This document shows, in pieces, positions 1-11,849 of a stretch of DNA of 64,000 nucleotides. Every line of letters starts with the position of its first letter. Within the stretch, counting starts at the first letter, position 1. The notes below the pieces were generated by a model, which saw only the letters and a program-made list of their open reading frames with translations, did not search any database and was not told the origin of the DNA. This DNA is from the human T2T-CHM13v2.0 reference genome, Homo sapiens. The DNA lies in assembly GCF_009914755.1 (NCBI RefSeq), contig NC_060947.1; one strand, given 5' to 3'. The position numbers and the translations under genes are program-made.

Positions 1-44
1 AATGCCACCTTGATCACACACTGCATTTGAAACTACACTCTATC

Positions 45-1960
45 CCTCCGTTCATCAATTTGGCAGCTGCTTCCTGTGTGCCTACTCAGGCATCATACTA
101 GCATGAGGTGTGTTTCCTACATCCAGGAGGAAGGGAGAGGAGACACAGGAGACAGCGACCCTGCAGGGTAATAAGTGCTAGGGTGGAAGGCGGTGGAAGA
201 GACACTTAGCTGGGTCTTGGTGGTTAGGGATGACTTCTTGTGAAGGCAATGACCTCTGAACAGACATGAGCATAGTAGCAGTTAACCAGTGCGAGGGACC
301 TCAGTCAGCACTAAGTTCTAGAGACAGAATGGAGGCCTATGTTGGGAATCAGCAGGAAGTCCAGTATGGCTTCCATATGACAGGAGCTTAGAGCGTGAAG
401 AGGCTGGAGCCATAGCAGGTACTAGACTTGGATGGCAGAGGGAATGAGGAGTCTCAGATGGTGCCCCTGTTTCTAGCCTGGACTGCTGGACATGGAGTCA
501 CCTTATCACCCAAGCAGGGCAGAGGGGAAGATGGCTCTGGCTGCTTTGCAGAAAGTAGATGCAGGAGTCAAGCGCAGAAGCCAGGAGACTGGGGAGGAGG
601 TGATCGGGGACACTACTGTGTCCCAGGATAGTGGCAGTGGAAGTGGATGGTTTGGAGCTGCAATCAGGACTGGCTGCTGGATTGGACATGGGAGACGAGG
701 GAAAGATCAGTTAAACACCTAGGCCTTGGGAGGTGCCTTTGATGATGAAGAAAACTGAGGGAGGAGAGGTTTGGAAGGTGAAGGATGGTGGCACAAGAGT
801 TTGTTTTGAACATGTTTCATTTGGATTGACTCAGACATTCATGTGGTGATTTCAAGTAACAAAAGTAGCAATAGTAAACATTCACTGAGCACCACCATGT
901 AACAAACTCCATTCCAAGCACTTTATGCACGCCATCCCATGTCATCTCACAACAACCTATGAAGGTAGATGCTGGCACTCTCATCTCTATTGTACAGGTA
1001 AGAAATGGAAACTCAGAGAGGGCAAGTAACGTGCCCAAGGTCACACAGCTATTAATTGGCACAGCTGGGATTTGCACGCAGTCCAGTTCCAGAGTCTGTG
1101 CTCATAGCCTTCATGCCTCCAGATAAGTGGGTGTCAGGGAAGCCAAGAGAAGCAAGTTTTTCCAGAAGGGGAAAGTGGAGTGATCAACTGTGGCCACGGG
1201 GTAAGTGAAGGCAGAAATGTGAACACTGGGTTTAGCAACATGGAGATGACTGGTGACAAGAATGATGTGAAGGGAGTGGTAGGGTTGAAGTCCTGATCCG
1301 GGTGAGTTTATGAGAGAATGGGAGGAGAAGGAGAGACAGTGAGTCTAGACAACTCTTTTGAGGAGTTTTGCTCAATAGCAAAGTGGAGAGATGGGGCAGT
1401 AACTAGAGGTGGGAGTGTGGTCAGGTGAGATTCTTTTTTTTTTTTTTATGTTGATGGGAAAGCTCCAAATGAAACAGACATTTTTATGATGTAGAAGAGA
1501 AAGGGATAATTATAAAGAGGGAAGAGTCTATGAAGGGGAGAAGGAGTGGAATCCAGAAGTTTATATTGGCACCATTCTGCACAGTTGCGTGACGTCTGCC
1601 AGCATGGTTCTTTGCCTTGGGGCAAGCATGAAGAATATAGACATTTAGCTTTGTCCAGATTTGATGCCATTATCATCAGGTGGAGGTGACAAAGAGACAG
1701 TAGGGTGAGAAGATTAGGATGTTCACAAGACAGCGGTTGAGTAAGCTGGATAGGGAGGGAAATGAAGAGAGGAAAGGACTAATGGATGGATAGAAAGTGG
1801 AGCAGCCAACAGTTGGGAGCTTGAAAGATAGTTGTCACAGAAGTGGTTGAACGAGCCTGCTGGAAAGAGAGGAGGTTGGGGCAAGAAGTTGGAAAGCCTG
1901 CATTCTCTATTCTGGAGGAAGCAACAGCAGGCAGGCTGCACCTGTGGGAAGAAGCGGCTG
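45..1960 (-). mobile_element. L2 LINE fragments, interrupted by a MIR
   Basis: Purine-rich, diverged sequence with L2-like tracts, e.g. gatgactggtgac...gagagacagtgagtctagacaactcttttgaggagttttgct...gagagatggggcagtaactagagg at ~1246-1410. Boundaries approximate. Confidence 0.6.
862..1112 (-). mobile_element. MIR SINE
   Basis: Reverse MIR core: gaaactcagagagggcaagtaacgtgcccaaggtcacacagcta...gctgggatttg...ccagagtctgtgctc. Confidence 0.85.
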
Positions 1961-2327
1961 TGGTGGAGCTGACAGGGTCTTGGGAGATGCCTGGGGAGCC
2001 TGAGGGTTGGGGATAGCTAAGCCACAAGCATGGATGCTCAAGTCACACACTCACTACCACACCTCACTGCTCTCACCCTCACCCTCCCAGTCACTTTCTC
2101 ACATCCAGGGCAAAGACCTGCCTGAATGTCAGGTGGGGGATGGTGTTGCCAGTTGGCCTGGGCCTCAAAGCGGGGAGGTTTTCATCCAATGGCAAACTGG
2201 ACTATTCTGAGGTAGCTGGGGTGTGGGAGAAGGAAGAGCCTCCTCTGGATTGAGCTGCCGGGAGGGTGCCTGGCTTCAGTTTAGGAGGAAGTGGATAGCT
2301 CCCTCCAAGAAGGGCAGCATACGGGGT

Positions 2328-2520
2328 GGTGCAATCCTAGAACTTTCTGTGATGATGGACATGTCCACTATCTGTGCTGTCCAACACAGTAGCCACTGGC
2401 CACATGGGGCTATTGAGTACTTGAAATGTGGCCAGTGTGACTGAGGAGCAGAATTTCCTATTTTATTCCTTTGTAATTCACTGAAATTTAAATAGCCACA
2501 TGTGGCCAGTGGCACCTGCA
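2328..2520 (+). mobile_element. MER3 (hAT-Charlie DNA transposon)
   Basis: Matches the MER3 consensus: tagaactttctgtgatgatgga...gctgtccaacacagtagccactggccacatggggctattgagtacttgaaatgtggccagtgtgactgagga...tttaaatagccacatgtggccagtggc. Confidence 0.85.
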
Positions 2521-3163
2521 GTAATCAGTGGATTTCTAGAGACATGTGCTGGTTACAGGTTACAGAGCTGCAGTCCCCAAGGCCTGGGATGGGACAGGTC
2601 AGGGAAGAAGGAGAGGAGGAACAGACGGCACAATGCCAGGAAGGCTAGAGTTATTTGGTCGAGTTCAAGGTCTCCAAGTACAGGTTACTTGGGCCAAATG
2701 CAATCAACAGGAGCCAAATGCATCCCCCAGCCAGGCTGGTCCAATCCTTTTTGATGAGAGCCAGCCCCTTCCCCCATGCTGAGAAAATTAGAGTTTTCAT
2801 CAAGTGAGGCTCTGACCAGCACCAGCGTGGGCAGAAGAAGGAGAAAAGCAGCAGGTCTGACTCCAAAGGTCGGGGACCACAGTCCTGCTCAGTTGAACAA
2901 AGGGGCACCCTCTGAGCTGTTCTCCCCTCTAATCTCCAAAGGCTGCTCTCCATGAGGAAATCAAGGCAGCTAAGCACCCAGGGAGGTTTCTGGGAAAAAC
3001 TAATAAAGAAGCATACACCCTTTAAGAGGTGAAACCCAGTAACCTTTCCTCTCCTGTGTGAAGAGGACTTGGATTTGCAATGGTGTTTTAGGGATCCACT
3101 GCATTTCCTCTTCCCAGGTGGGCATTTCCCAAGCCAAGGGCAGTGCCCAGCCGAAAGGAACAT

Positions 3164-3464
3164 GGCTGGGCATGGTGGCTTATGCCTGTAATCCCAGGCA
3201 TAAGCACTTTGGGGGGCCAAGTCAGATGAGTTGATTGAGACCAGGAGTTCAAGATCAGCCTGAGCAAGACGGTGAAACCTCATCTCTACAAAAAATTAGC
3301 CAGGCATGACGGTGCGTGCCTGCAGTCCCAGCTACTAGGCAGGCTGAGATGGGAGGATTGCTTGAGCCCAGGATGTTGAGGCTGCAGCGTGCCTTAATTG
3401 TGCCACTGCACTCCAGCCTGGGTGGCAGACTGAAAAAAAAGAAAGAAAGACAGAAAGAAACAAA
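3164..3464 (+). mobile_element. Alu (AluJ-like)
   Basis: Starts ggctgggcatggtggcttatgcctgtaatccc; dimeric; gcttgagcccagga in the right arm; A/GAAA tail. Confidence 0.92.
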
Positions 3465-5009
3465 TCCGCAACTCTCAGAGCCAGACATACCCTCTGGTTG
3501 ATGTAGTTTCAGCTCCCTCAGCCAGTGGTTTAGCCAGGCCAGGCTTAGCAGGGCCCCAGAGTCGGAGCTCCCTCCCTCGCAGGACAGATCTAGCTGCTCG
3601 GAAGTTAGCGTTCACCTGCAGCCTGCATCTCTCTGCCAGACCTCCCAGCCTGGGGCCCCAGAGAGGTCTGGGCGGGGGGTGCTCACAGACCCCAACACTG
3701 ACTCTGACCTTCCCATTTCTTGAGCATGTGGCAGCTTCCACACCTTTCCTCTTCCAGGCGCACACTCACAATGCCCACTGAGCACCAGCCCTGCCAGAGG
3801 GTCCTAGGAGCCTGGGCTGCTTCTGGGGCAGCAGCAGGGCCCCTGGGGGGCGGGGTTGGGCCCAGCTCTGGGGGAGGAGCTCCCAGCTGAGGCCAGGCAG
3901 CCTCCAGAGTCTCCAGGCTGAGGACCGCGGGGGCCCTCGGCACGGCCCCTAGCCGGCAGTGGCTGAGCTGAGCTTGGGGGGATGAGGGGGCGCTGGGCAG
4001 GGAGCCCACTGTCTCCTTCTCATGGCTTCCCTTCCTCCTTATCCCAGGAGCCTCCCTGCCGGCCAACTGTACTAAAACTCCGGAAAACCATGGCGGGGAG
4101 GTTTTCCAATTAGAACATTCTTTTTCCGACCTGTGGATGATTCTTAAAGCAGCAAAAAGCCATTCTTCAGGGCATGCAGGGAGTATCTGCCAGCGAGGCC
4201 TTGGCTCCACTCGCGCACTCGTGCTCAGGAGGCCTGGCCTGGGGCTGCTTCAGAGCCACAGACAAAAGGCAGAGCCTGTGTTGTGGGGCATCAGGTCACA
4301 CAGACCAAGACTGATGGCTGAGAGTTTCCTGGGCTCATTCGAACCAGTAGATTCAAACGGCAGTGGGGATCCAGGCTACAGGAGTGGCAGATGTCAGACC
4401 ACCTCTCTCCTTGCTTTGTGACAAGGCCACTGCTCCCAATGAGACCACTGTTCACACAGCAAACAATCCCCAGGCATGGCTGCTGTCCCTTGGAGTAGAA
4501 CTGGGCTGCCTCCTCCCCCAAACTGGGAGCCGCAACAGGCCGGGACAGGGTCTGACTGGTCTCTGGCCAGGGTTGGGGTGGCAGTGCAGTGGGGCAAGTA
4601 AGAATGTGTGTGTGTTCCAGAGAGGGGGACCACAACCCCGTAGCTTGGAGTGCAGGCTGAGAACAGGGGGAGAGGAGCAGCCACTCCACATGCTGAGAGG
4701 CTGGACCAGCTCCTAGCAGGAGAGCTGGTTACAAACACAAGGGCCTGGCCTCACGGGTTCGGGGCTCAAAGGACCCATCCTACCTGCAATCACACCTGGG
4801 GACCCCTGCCTCCAGGGCATCCACCCTGCTTGGAGTCAGCAGAGTCACCCAGCAAGTGTAAACCGGTTGAAGAGCTTAAGAGGATGAGGTGGCAGGGCGG
4901 GCCCCGGGAAGGAGGGGATTAGGGATCAAGCAGGAGCCCAGCCCTCCCCGCACATGAACCTGAGCACCCCAGCTTCTCTCCAGCTGGGCAGGGGCTCCAT
5001 CCAGAGCAG

Positions 5010-5120
5010 CTGGAACCCCAGGTTCTAAGCCCAGCTCTGCCTCAGACTAGCTGTGTAATCCTGGCAACATCTTGTCCCTCTGTGGGCCTCTGTTTTCCCA
5101 TTTGTACAACTGAAGTGTTG
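5010..5120 (+). mobile_element. MIR fragment
   Basis: ggttctaagcccagctctgcctcagactagctgtgtaatcctggcaa...gcctctgttttcccatttgtacaa. Confidence 0.7.
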
Positions 5121-5235
5121 AAGTTGCCTGCCTGTCTTCAGTCCCCTCTAGCTGAGGACACTGCCTGGGGGAGCTTTGCGGCCTGACAGCTTTCAGGGCC
5201 CAACCCCTCTTTCTCCCCCTCTAGCCTGGTAACTC

Positions 5236-5375
5236 TTTTTGTTTTCTGTATTTTTTGTAGAGACGGGGTCTCACCATATCGCTCAGGCTGGTCTTGAACT
5301 CCTGAGCTCAAGCGGTCTTCTCTCCTTGGCCTCCCAAAATGCTGGGATTACAGGCGTGAGCCACTGTGCCCAGCT
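5236..5375 (-). mobile_element. Free left Alu monomer (FLAM-like) with TSD
   Basis: Single Alu left arm with a T-rich tail, flanked by ctagcctgg(t/g)aactc at 5221-5235 and 5377-5391. Confidence 0.88.
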
Positions 5376-6919
5376 CCTAGCCTGGGAACTCTGGGGCTAG
5401 ATCACCTTGCTTGAGTTCTCTTCCCAGCCCTGGAGATCAGAATGGGGCCTCCCCTGGAGCTGAGGAGTGCTGCTGGCCAGTTCTTTCCCAGCAGCCACCT
5501 GCCGTGCTACCCATCTCATTGCTTAGATGCAGCCTCCCAGAGACGCTGCCTCCACGGCCTGCTTGTGAGCTATGGCTTCTCCAGCACAGGGCTCACCACC
5601 TGCTACTCCCTGCCTCTACCTTTCAGCCTCTTGCCTGCCCAGACAGCCCAGCCTGGCCCCACCCTGAAGCCCCTACCTCTCACTTAGAGCCTTGCTGAGG
5701 GCCTGCTTGTTGGTGGGAAGAGACTGTCCAGTCCCCTGGAGGTGGCACTGCTGCCTAAGCTGGAGGGACTTCAGGAGAACTCTGCCAGAGCCAGGGGGTG
5801 GGAGCTGGCCTGTCTTGGAGCTGCGGATGGGTGGAAAAGTGCAAGAGATGTGAATAGGAAAGGATAGGGCCAAGCTCAGGCCAGGTAGGGACAGAGCCCA
5901 GCCTGGAGGCAGGCAGCAGCCACCACAGCCTTGGCCTAGAACTTGAGGGAGGTCTAAGGGAAGGTTCATGAAGGAGATAATGTTACTGCTGAGAGAAAGT
6001 GGAGGCCACCTGGTGTCCCTGGGGAGGAAATGTCATTCCAAACAAAGGGAGCATCTTGTGCAGCGTCCTGGTGGTATTTGAGCACTTGGTCTATCTGGGT
6101 ACATGTCATTTGGGCATGTCTGGTGCTTGAAGAGGCTGAAGAAGCCAGCAGGTGCCTGAAGCCTGGCTGAGGTGACTAGAGGTGCCCTGGCAGGCGTGGA
6201 AGTGGAAGACTGTTGGGGCAATGGACAGGTGGGCAGGGCAGGGCAGGGCAGTTACCATTCAAGTCAAACCCGTTTGCAGGCAAGATCAGCTGCAGGGCCT
6301 GGCAGCCTGGCAGGGAGGGAGGGGTTCAGGGAAGGCTGATCTCTTTGGCTGGAGCAGTCGTGACAGATCGGGCCTGGGCAGAGACTGAGTCACCTGGGAC
6401 ATGGGAAGAGCTTGAGGCCCTGGGGCGGCCCAGCCTGGGGCAGTCCTCACTTGCTGGCCGTGCCGTTGGACACCACATTTGCTCATGCTCTCCAGCTGGG
6501 CCCCCCACCCCTGACTCAGGGCTCTTGAACAAGTTTGCCTTTTCCCTCTTCCTTGCCCTACATCTCACCCATCATGATGTCTTCTACCTTCTACCCTTTC
6601 AAACTAGGGGCTCTTGAAGAGGACTGGGACCCAGACAAAGAGTATGACACAGCCTAAGTCATACAGTAAACATGTTTAGGAGGTAAGATGCCAAGCCAAA
6701 TCCATGGCCACCAGTAGCCACAGTGGAGGAGGGGAGGTGTTAGTTGCTGGCCACCAGACAGGGGCATACAATATTGGAAGCAGAAAAATGCTTGTTGGCA
6801 AGAGACGGACATGAACAGAAGTGACTTTATATACAACCCCCTAAGCACACACAGGGTCGCCTTCTCCCTATCTCATGAACCCCAAGAAGAAAAGGATGAG
6901 GACAGCTTCCACAGCCTCA

Positions 6920-7560
6920 CTCACCCATCCATCACTTCCTTCTGCAAATTCTTCGGATGCCCTGTGCTGGTCTCTGTGACCCAGTGATGAATCAGAAGGG
7001 GCCCTGCCCTCCCAGAGCTCAGGATCTAGAACAATAGAGGGTGACAGCCACTATGCTGGATTGATGTCATCTGAGGGAACTAAGGGGTGCACAGAAGGAA
7101 GTGATCAGCTCGACTGGGTGGCAGGCAGGGGAGGCTTTCCGGACACTGGGTGGAGGCTTGAAGAATGACTAAGAGCTCACTAGCCCGACGGGGATGAAGA
7201 GCATTTTAGGGAGTCCGAGGAGCAGGAGCAAACACCCCAAGGTGAGCGCCATGTGATGTATTCAGAAGGCAATGGAAAAAGGCCAGTGTGGCTGTAATGT
7301 ATTGAACAAAGGGAAGAGTGGCTGGACCTGCAGGGATAGGTCGTCTCAAGGAGTCTGGCTTTTACCCTGAGAGCAATGGGAAGCCATGGAGGAGTTGCAA
7401 GCAGGAGAGCACCTGATCATATTGACACACGTGAACTTTTAACCTGACCTCCGTGTAGAGACTGAGGGAAAGGAAGGCAAGACCAGAGGCAGGGGGACAC
7501 CAGCAAGGAGGCTGGTCTTCGGGGCCAGGTCTGGACTAGGGTGGTGGCAGCAGGCACAGG
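6920..7560 (-). mobile_element. L2 fragment
   Basis: L2 3'-end-like tracts: ccctgccctcccagagctcag...ggccagtgtggctg...ggcttttaccctgagagcaatgggaagccatggaggagttgcaagcagg. Confidence 0.65.
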
Positions 7561-8489
7561 GAGAAGTGGGTGGACTGGAGGGCCATGGAAACACCACATT
7601 GGCAGGCCTTGATGAAGGAGAAGCAGCTGGTCCATTCTTTTGAGCCTACCACCCTGGTAGGCCAACTCCTGGCCAAGTCCATGCCATTTCTTGGGCTGGC
7701 TTAATTGTCTCCCTGTTTGGGAGGCCGTGGGGTGAGGGGTCTTTCCTCCATGCTCTCTCCATCCTTAGCCCCAGCCCAGGGCCTTGCACACAATAAAGCA
7801 CTCGGTGAGCACCAACGCGTGACACAGGTACATCAAACCGCATTGGCTCTGGGAGTCTGGCTGTATCTCGTCGCCCAGCCTGGGAGATAGCCCCGTTTGC
7901 TGTGCCTTGTGAGCCCCGGGTCCGTCCCAGGATGGCCTTCCACGATGAGCGGCTCCCTCACTCTTCTCCTCCTTTCCTGCCTGCAGGACTTCCTGGATGA
8001 TCTCAGCCGCCAGCCCCCCGCCCCCCTCCCCGCCCCTGTCTGGGATCTCCATCTGTAAAATGGATCTAGGAACGGTAGTTCTCGACTGAATTAACCCGAC
8101 AGCATCTGTGGAAGTCGTTGGCCCTGTGCCGGGGCCAGATCGCGCAACTAGGAGCGGGGGCCCTTCACGTGGCGGAGGCTTCCCGGCCTGGGGGCCACGG
8201 GCCCGGAGGAATTTGCCTGGAAGTTTTCCATCACGGCAGAGCCTTCTGGAGCTCGCCCCGTGCTCGACAAGGGGAGCCCCAGACTTGATTTCTCCAGCAG
8301 CCCCGCGGGGCGGGGCCGAGAAGGGGCGGGCGGGCGGAGGACGCTGGCGGGAGAATGTGCGGAATGTGCCAGGCGCCTCTACCTACCCCAGGAGGGGCAG
8401 AGGAAGGGGCCGGCCGAGGGGAGGGGCGAGGGGCGAGGCTCCGGGCGGCCGGAGAAAACCTGTTTGTTCTCCTGCGGGCGGAGCCCAGT

Positions 8490-8672
8490 CCGCGCCTCCT
8501 CGCCTCCCTGCGCGCTCCCCGCTGTGCACCGCGCCCCGCGCCCCGCGCCCCGCGCCCCGCGCCTGCCTCCCCGGCCCGGCCCGGCCCGGCCGGGCGCCGT
8601 CCACCCGAGGGAGCCCGCGCCCTGCGACTGCCCGACCCTCCACCCGCCCCACGAGCCGGGCACCGGTGCCAG
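8490..8672 (+). other. ZNF185: Non-coding first exon (5'UTR) of ZNF185; start approximate
   Basis: Ends at donor CAG|gtaggg. The ATG exon has its own acceptor (tttatccccag, ending 24876), so an upstream exon is required. Confidence 0.7.
8529..8594. repeat. (CCCCGCG)4 followed by (CCCGG)4 GC-rich tandem repeats
   Basis: Read directly: four CCCCGCG units at 8534-8561 and four CCCGG units at 8570-8589. Confidence 0.9.
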
Positions 8673-11209
8673 GTAGGGCTGTCGAGTCGCCATTGGACGC
8701 GGCCCTGCTTGGAGGCAGTGGGGGGCACCCAGTCCGTGCCCAGCTGGGGACAAGTCAGGGCCTCAGTTTCCCCATCCATAACCCTTACCAGCTCCAAGCA
8801 TCTCTCTTCGGGTTCCCCCCGGGAGTCAGTGGATTTCTGGTTTTCGCTGTGAGTGAAAAGACTGACAGGCAGAGGAGGCCAGCGTCCCCTACAGAGGCAA
8901 GTGTCCCCCTTGCCAGCCTGATCCCTCTGTCTTGCCCTTTAGGAAAGACACGGTTTAATTGTTAGTAAACGGCGAGGGGCCAGGATGCTCTGAGAGTTGA
9001 CTGCAGGCCTTTAAGAATCAGGGAATCTCATATCCCTCCGTCCCCCTGTGCCCATTTTATAGATGAGGAAACTGAGACCCAGAGGCTGGCTCACCCAGAG
9101 GATCCCCTCAATCGCCCTGGGGCCTGTGAGGTGCATGTGCTGGGTACAGGGCAATCTTGGGGAGGGCCATGAGGATGGTGGCTGCTCACACTCAGACAGA
9201 AGGCGCCGAATCAGGTGTCACTGGGTGTTATCGACAGGATCGGCACTGCACCAGCTCTGTGGCTGGATTGTTTTGATGGGGGCAGAGGGAGCCAAGAGTC
9301 TGTCCTCTTTGGAAAGGCAGAGGGATACCTTGCCTTACAAAAAGGCCGAAAGCTCAGGTGCTCCTGCCTGATCTGCCACTTCTGAGCTGGGGACACCTGG
9401 GTACTCTGTCGGTTTAAGGGGGTGACACGTCAAGCTGCCTCCCACCCAGGGCTGCTGGGGACTCAGATAAGGTAGGTGGTGGGTGTGTCCCGGCTTTGGG
9501 ACATCTGAGGCATGGTAGGAGTTGTGTTCTTGCTGAGCCGTCGGCACGAAGCCTTGGCATCATGGGAGGCCCCAAAGCTGTGAGCCCCGAGAGAGGGCCT
9601 CTCACACCCCGTCCAGCAGTGCTTGAGGCTTCAGTACCTGGACTAAGTCCTGCCTTGGTCTCATGGCCCTTCAGACTTCTGGCTGTCGTACCTGGCTGGG
9701 GGCGGGAGGCAGGGGTGCACAGGTTGATAGGCCTGAACAGAGCTGCAGAGGTCCTGCCTTCCCAGGGCCTCCGCTCCTCATCTGAAAAACAAGGGGCAGC
9801 TCAGAGGCCAGCAAGTGGCCAAGACACAGATGCACAGATGAGGGGCCAGCTTTCTGGCAGGCCTTGGTGCCTCCGCTGTTCCCCTCATCGCTCCCAGGCC
9901 ACTTCAGGATGGGAAGGAACAGATCCCTCTCACCTGCCCCTCCTTCCAGCAATTCCCAGCCCCTGGCTGGATGCTGTGCATTCAGCCGTGTGGAGCTGAT
10001 GGAAGGCACTCAGTGCAGGGCCAGACACGCAGCAGGTGCTCAAGATCTGTTCATTTCCATCCTCTGGACACTCATGACTCAAGCAACAGAGGTGGCCCAG
10101 GACCACTTAGGATGTTGCAGCTCCGAGTAGCATGAAAACATTAGGGGTTCCTCAGTCCTGGAGCAGCGAGGCACCCCTGGCTGGGAAGATCAGGGAAGGC
10201 TTCCTGGAGGCGAAGGGCTTGGAAGCAGGAGGAGGAGCTCGGCAGCCACCAGGTCAAGGCCCGCACGTCCTTTGGAGCTGCTGGAGTCTAACCTCCCCGT
10301 TACTCCTGAAAGATCATAAACCACTTCTTGCTGAGCTCCTGCATATGGGGGCCCACAGAGAAATCAGCTCCATGCCTTGCCCTGAGGAGTGACAGAGAGG
10401 CCATCTGTCAGTAAGAAGTTGCCATCTGAATCCAAATGGCAGCAGTGCTTGTCCACCTCACTTCCTGCTCAGCTCAAGTCCAGACTCCAGAAAAAGCCTT
10501 TCCCACGTGAGGCCAGTGATGCCAGGGGCAGCCAGCGCCTCAGCTCAGCCTCCCTCAGCCTGACTTGTGCTCCTTGTCTTCCTGCCCAGTGTCCCCAAGG
10601 CCTCCTGAGATCTGGCAGGGCAGGGACTCTGGGTCCCTAGCACTGGGCCCAGGACCTGGCCACGATAGGCATCGGCACTTGTTCCCTGAACTGTCTTCAG
10701 TTGCATGCCAAGCAAACTCCCCCAATTCTGGCTCGGTGCATTCTGGAAGCCAGAAGCCTGCCTTCCTCCTTCCCTACTCAAGCTTCCACAGGTGACTGCC
10801 CCCTTTGGTGCGGGTTTTGCTTCAAGCCACAACTCATAAGGTGCCAGGTCACATGTAACACAAGCTTTCCTTCTGTTGCTGAGCCCTGAGGCTGCCCCCA
10901 CTGCCAGTCCCTGGCGGCATGGGACAGGACCAGTGCCAGAGAGGAGAGCTGCTCTCCAGTGCGGCAACCCCTTGCAGTCCGGGCCTTTGGGCTCTCATGT
11001 TTAGGGTCAGTCCAGGGACTTTGCATTCGTTACCACTGTGCCCATAGTGAACCGGCTGATGCCAAGACAAGGGCAGTGCCATCAGGGGACCAGTCCCTGA
11101 GAGATGCTCAGGAGAGGTTGCCATCATTGCTTCCAAAGGCCGGGAAGAGGAGGAGGGGCTGAACTGTCCCACACCTGGTCAGGTGTGTGGCAGGTGAGGG
11201 TGGCACCTT

Positions 11210-11345
11210 CATAGCCTAGTGGTTAAGAGAATGGCTCAGAGGTCAGCCTGGGTTCAAACCCCAGCTCAGCCACCATCCAGTTGTGCAAAGTTCGGCCCTT
11301 CATGCAACCCCTTGAGGCCTCTGTTTTCTCACCAGTACTGAAGGG
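11210..11345 (+). mobile_element. MIR fragment
   Basis: atagcctagtggttaagaga...cctgggttcaaaccccagctcagccac...gcctctgttttctca. Confidence 0.75.
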
Positions 11346-11654
11346 TGGCTAAAGCCAGGAGCACCTGCTGCACTGGGTGCCTGCAAGTGCTAGGTTCCTG
11401 GCACAGAGGTGCTCTGTCACGGAAGGTAGCTGAGCCAGGACTATGGTGCCCTCCTTCAGGGCTGTGGTGGCAAGGAGTGAAGTGGGACTAGGTGGAGAGA
11501 GAGATGCTGACTGGGATGTGGGCCCCTACCTGAGGAAAACAGTTTAGAAATTACTGCTGATGATGCAAACAGTATCTACCCACATTTAAAGTGACTCACT
11601 AAAGAACACTTAATTCTTAGGGTGATTTCTCATGCCTACTAAAGTCTGACTCGC

Positions 11655-11849
11655 TTTCTTTTTTGTTTTCACTTTTTTTTTTTTTTTTTGTTAGAGCTGG
11701 GGTCTCGCCTTGTCACCCAGGCTGGTGTACAGTGGCTAGTCACAGGCATGATCATAGCACACCGCAGCCTCCAACTCCTGGGCTCAAGCGATCCTCGTGC
11801 CTCAGCCTCCCGAGTAGCTGGCACTACAGGCGAGTGCCACCATGCCAGC
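11655..11849 (-). mobile_element. FAM (fossil Alu monomer, 7SL-derived)
   Basis: Monomer retaining the 7SL-like segment cagtggctagtcacaggcatgatcatagcacaccgcagcctc, which is absent from dimeric Alu arms; T-rich tail. Confidence 0.75.

Larger units (their letters stand above)
8100..8720 (+). promoter_or_regulatory. ZNF185: CpG-island promoter of ZNF185 (upstream promoter)
   Basis: Very CpG-dense; GC boxes GGGGCGGGGC at 8307-8316 and GGGGCGGG at 8323-8330; E-box CACGTG at 8166-8171; followed by a splice donor CAG|gtaggg at 8672/8673. Confidence 0.85.

Noticed and set aside
8108-8965. Long ORFs on both strands (285, 188 and 165 aa) over the upstream CpG island
   Set aside because: Arg/Gly/Pro/Ala-rich products in several overlapping frames are expected from stop-poor GC-rich DNA; no recognisable domain.
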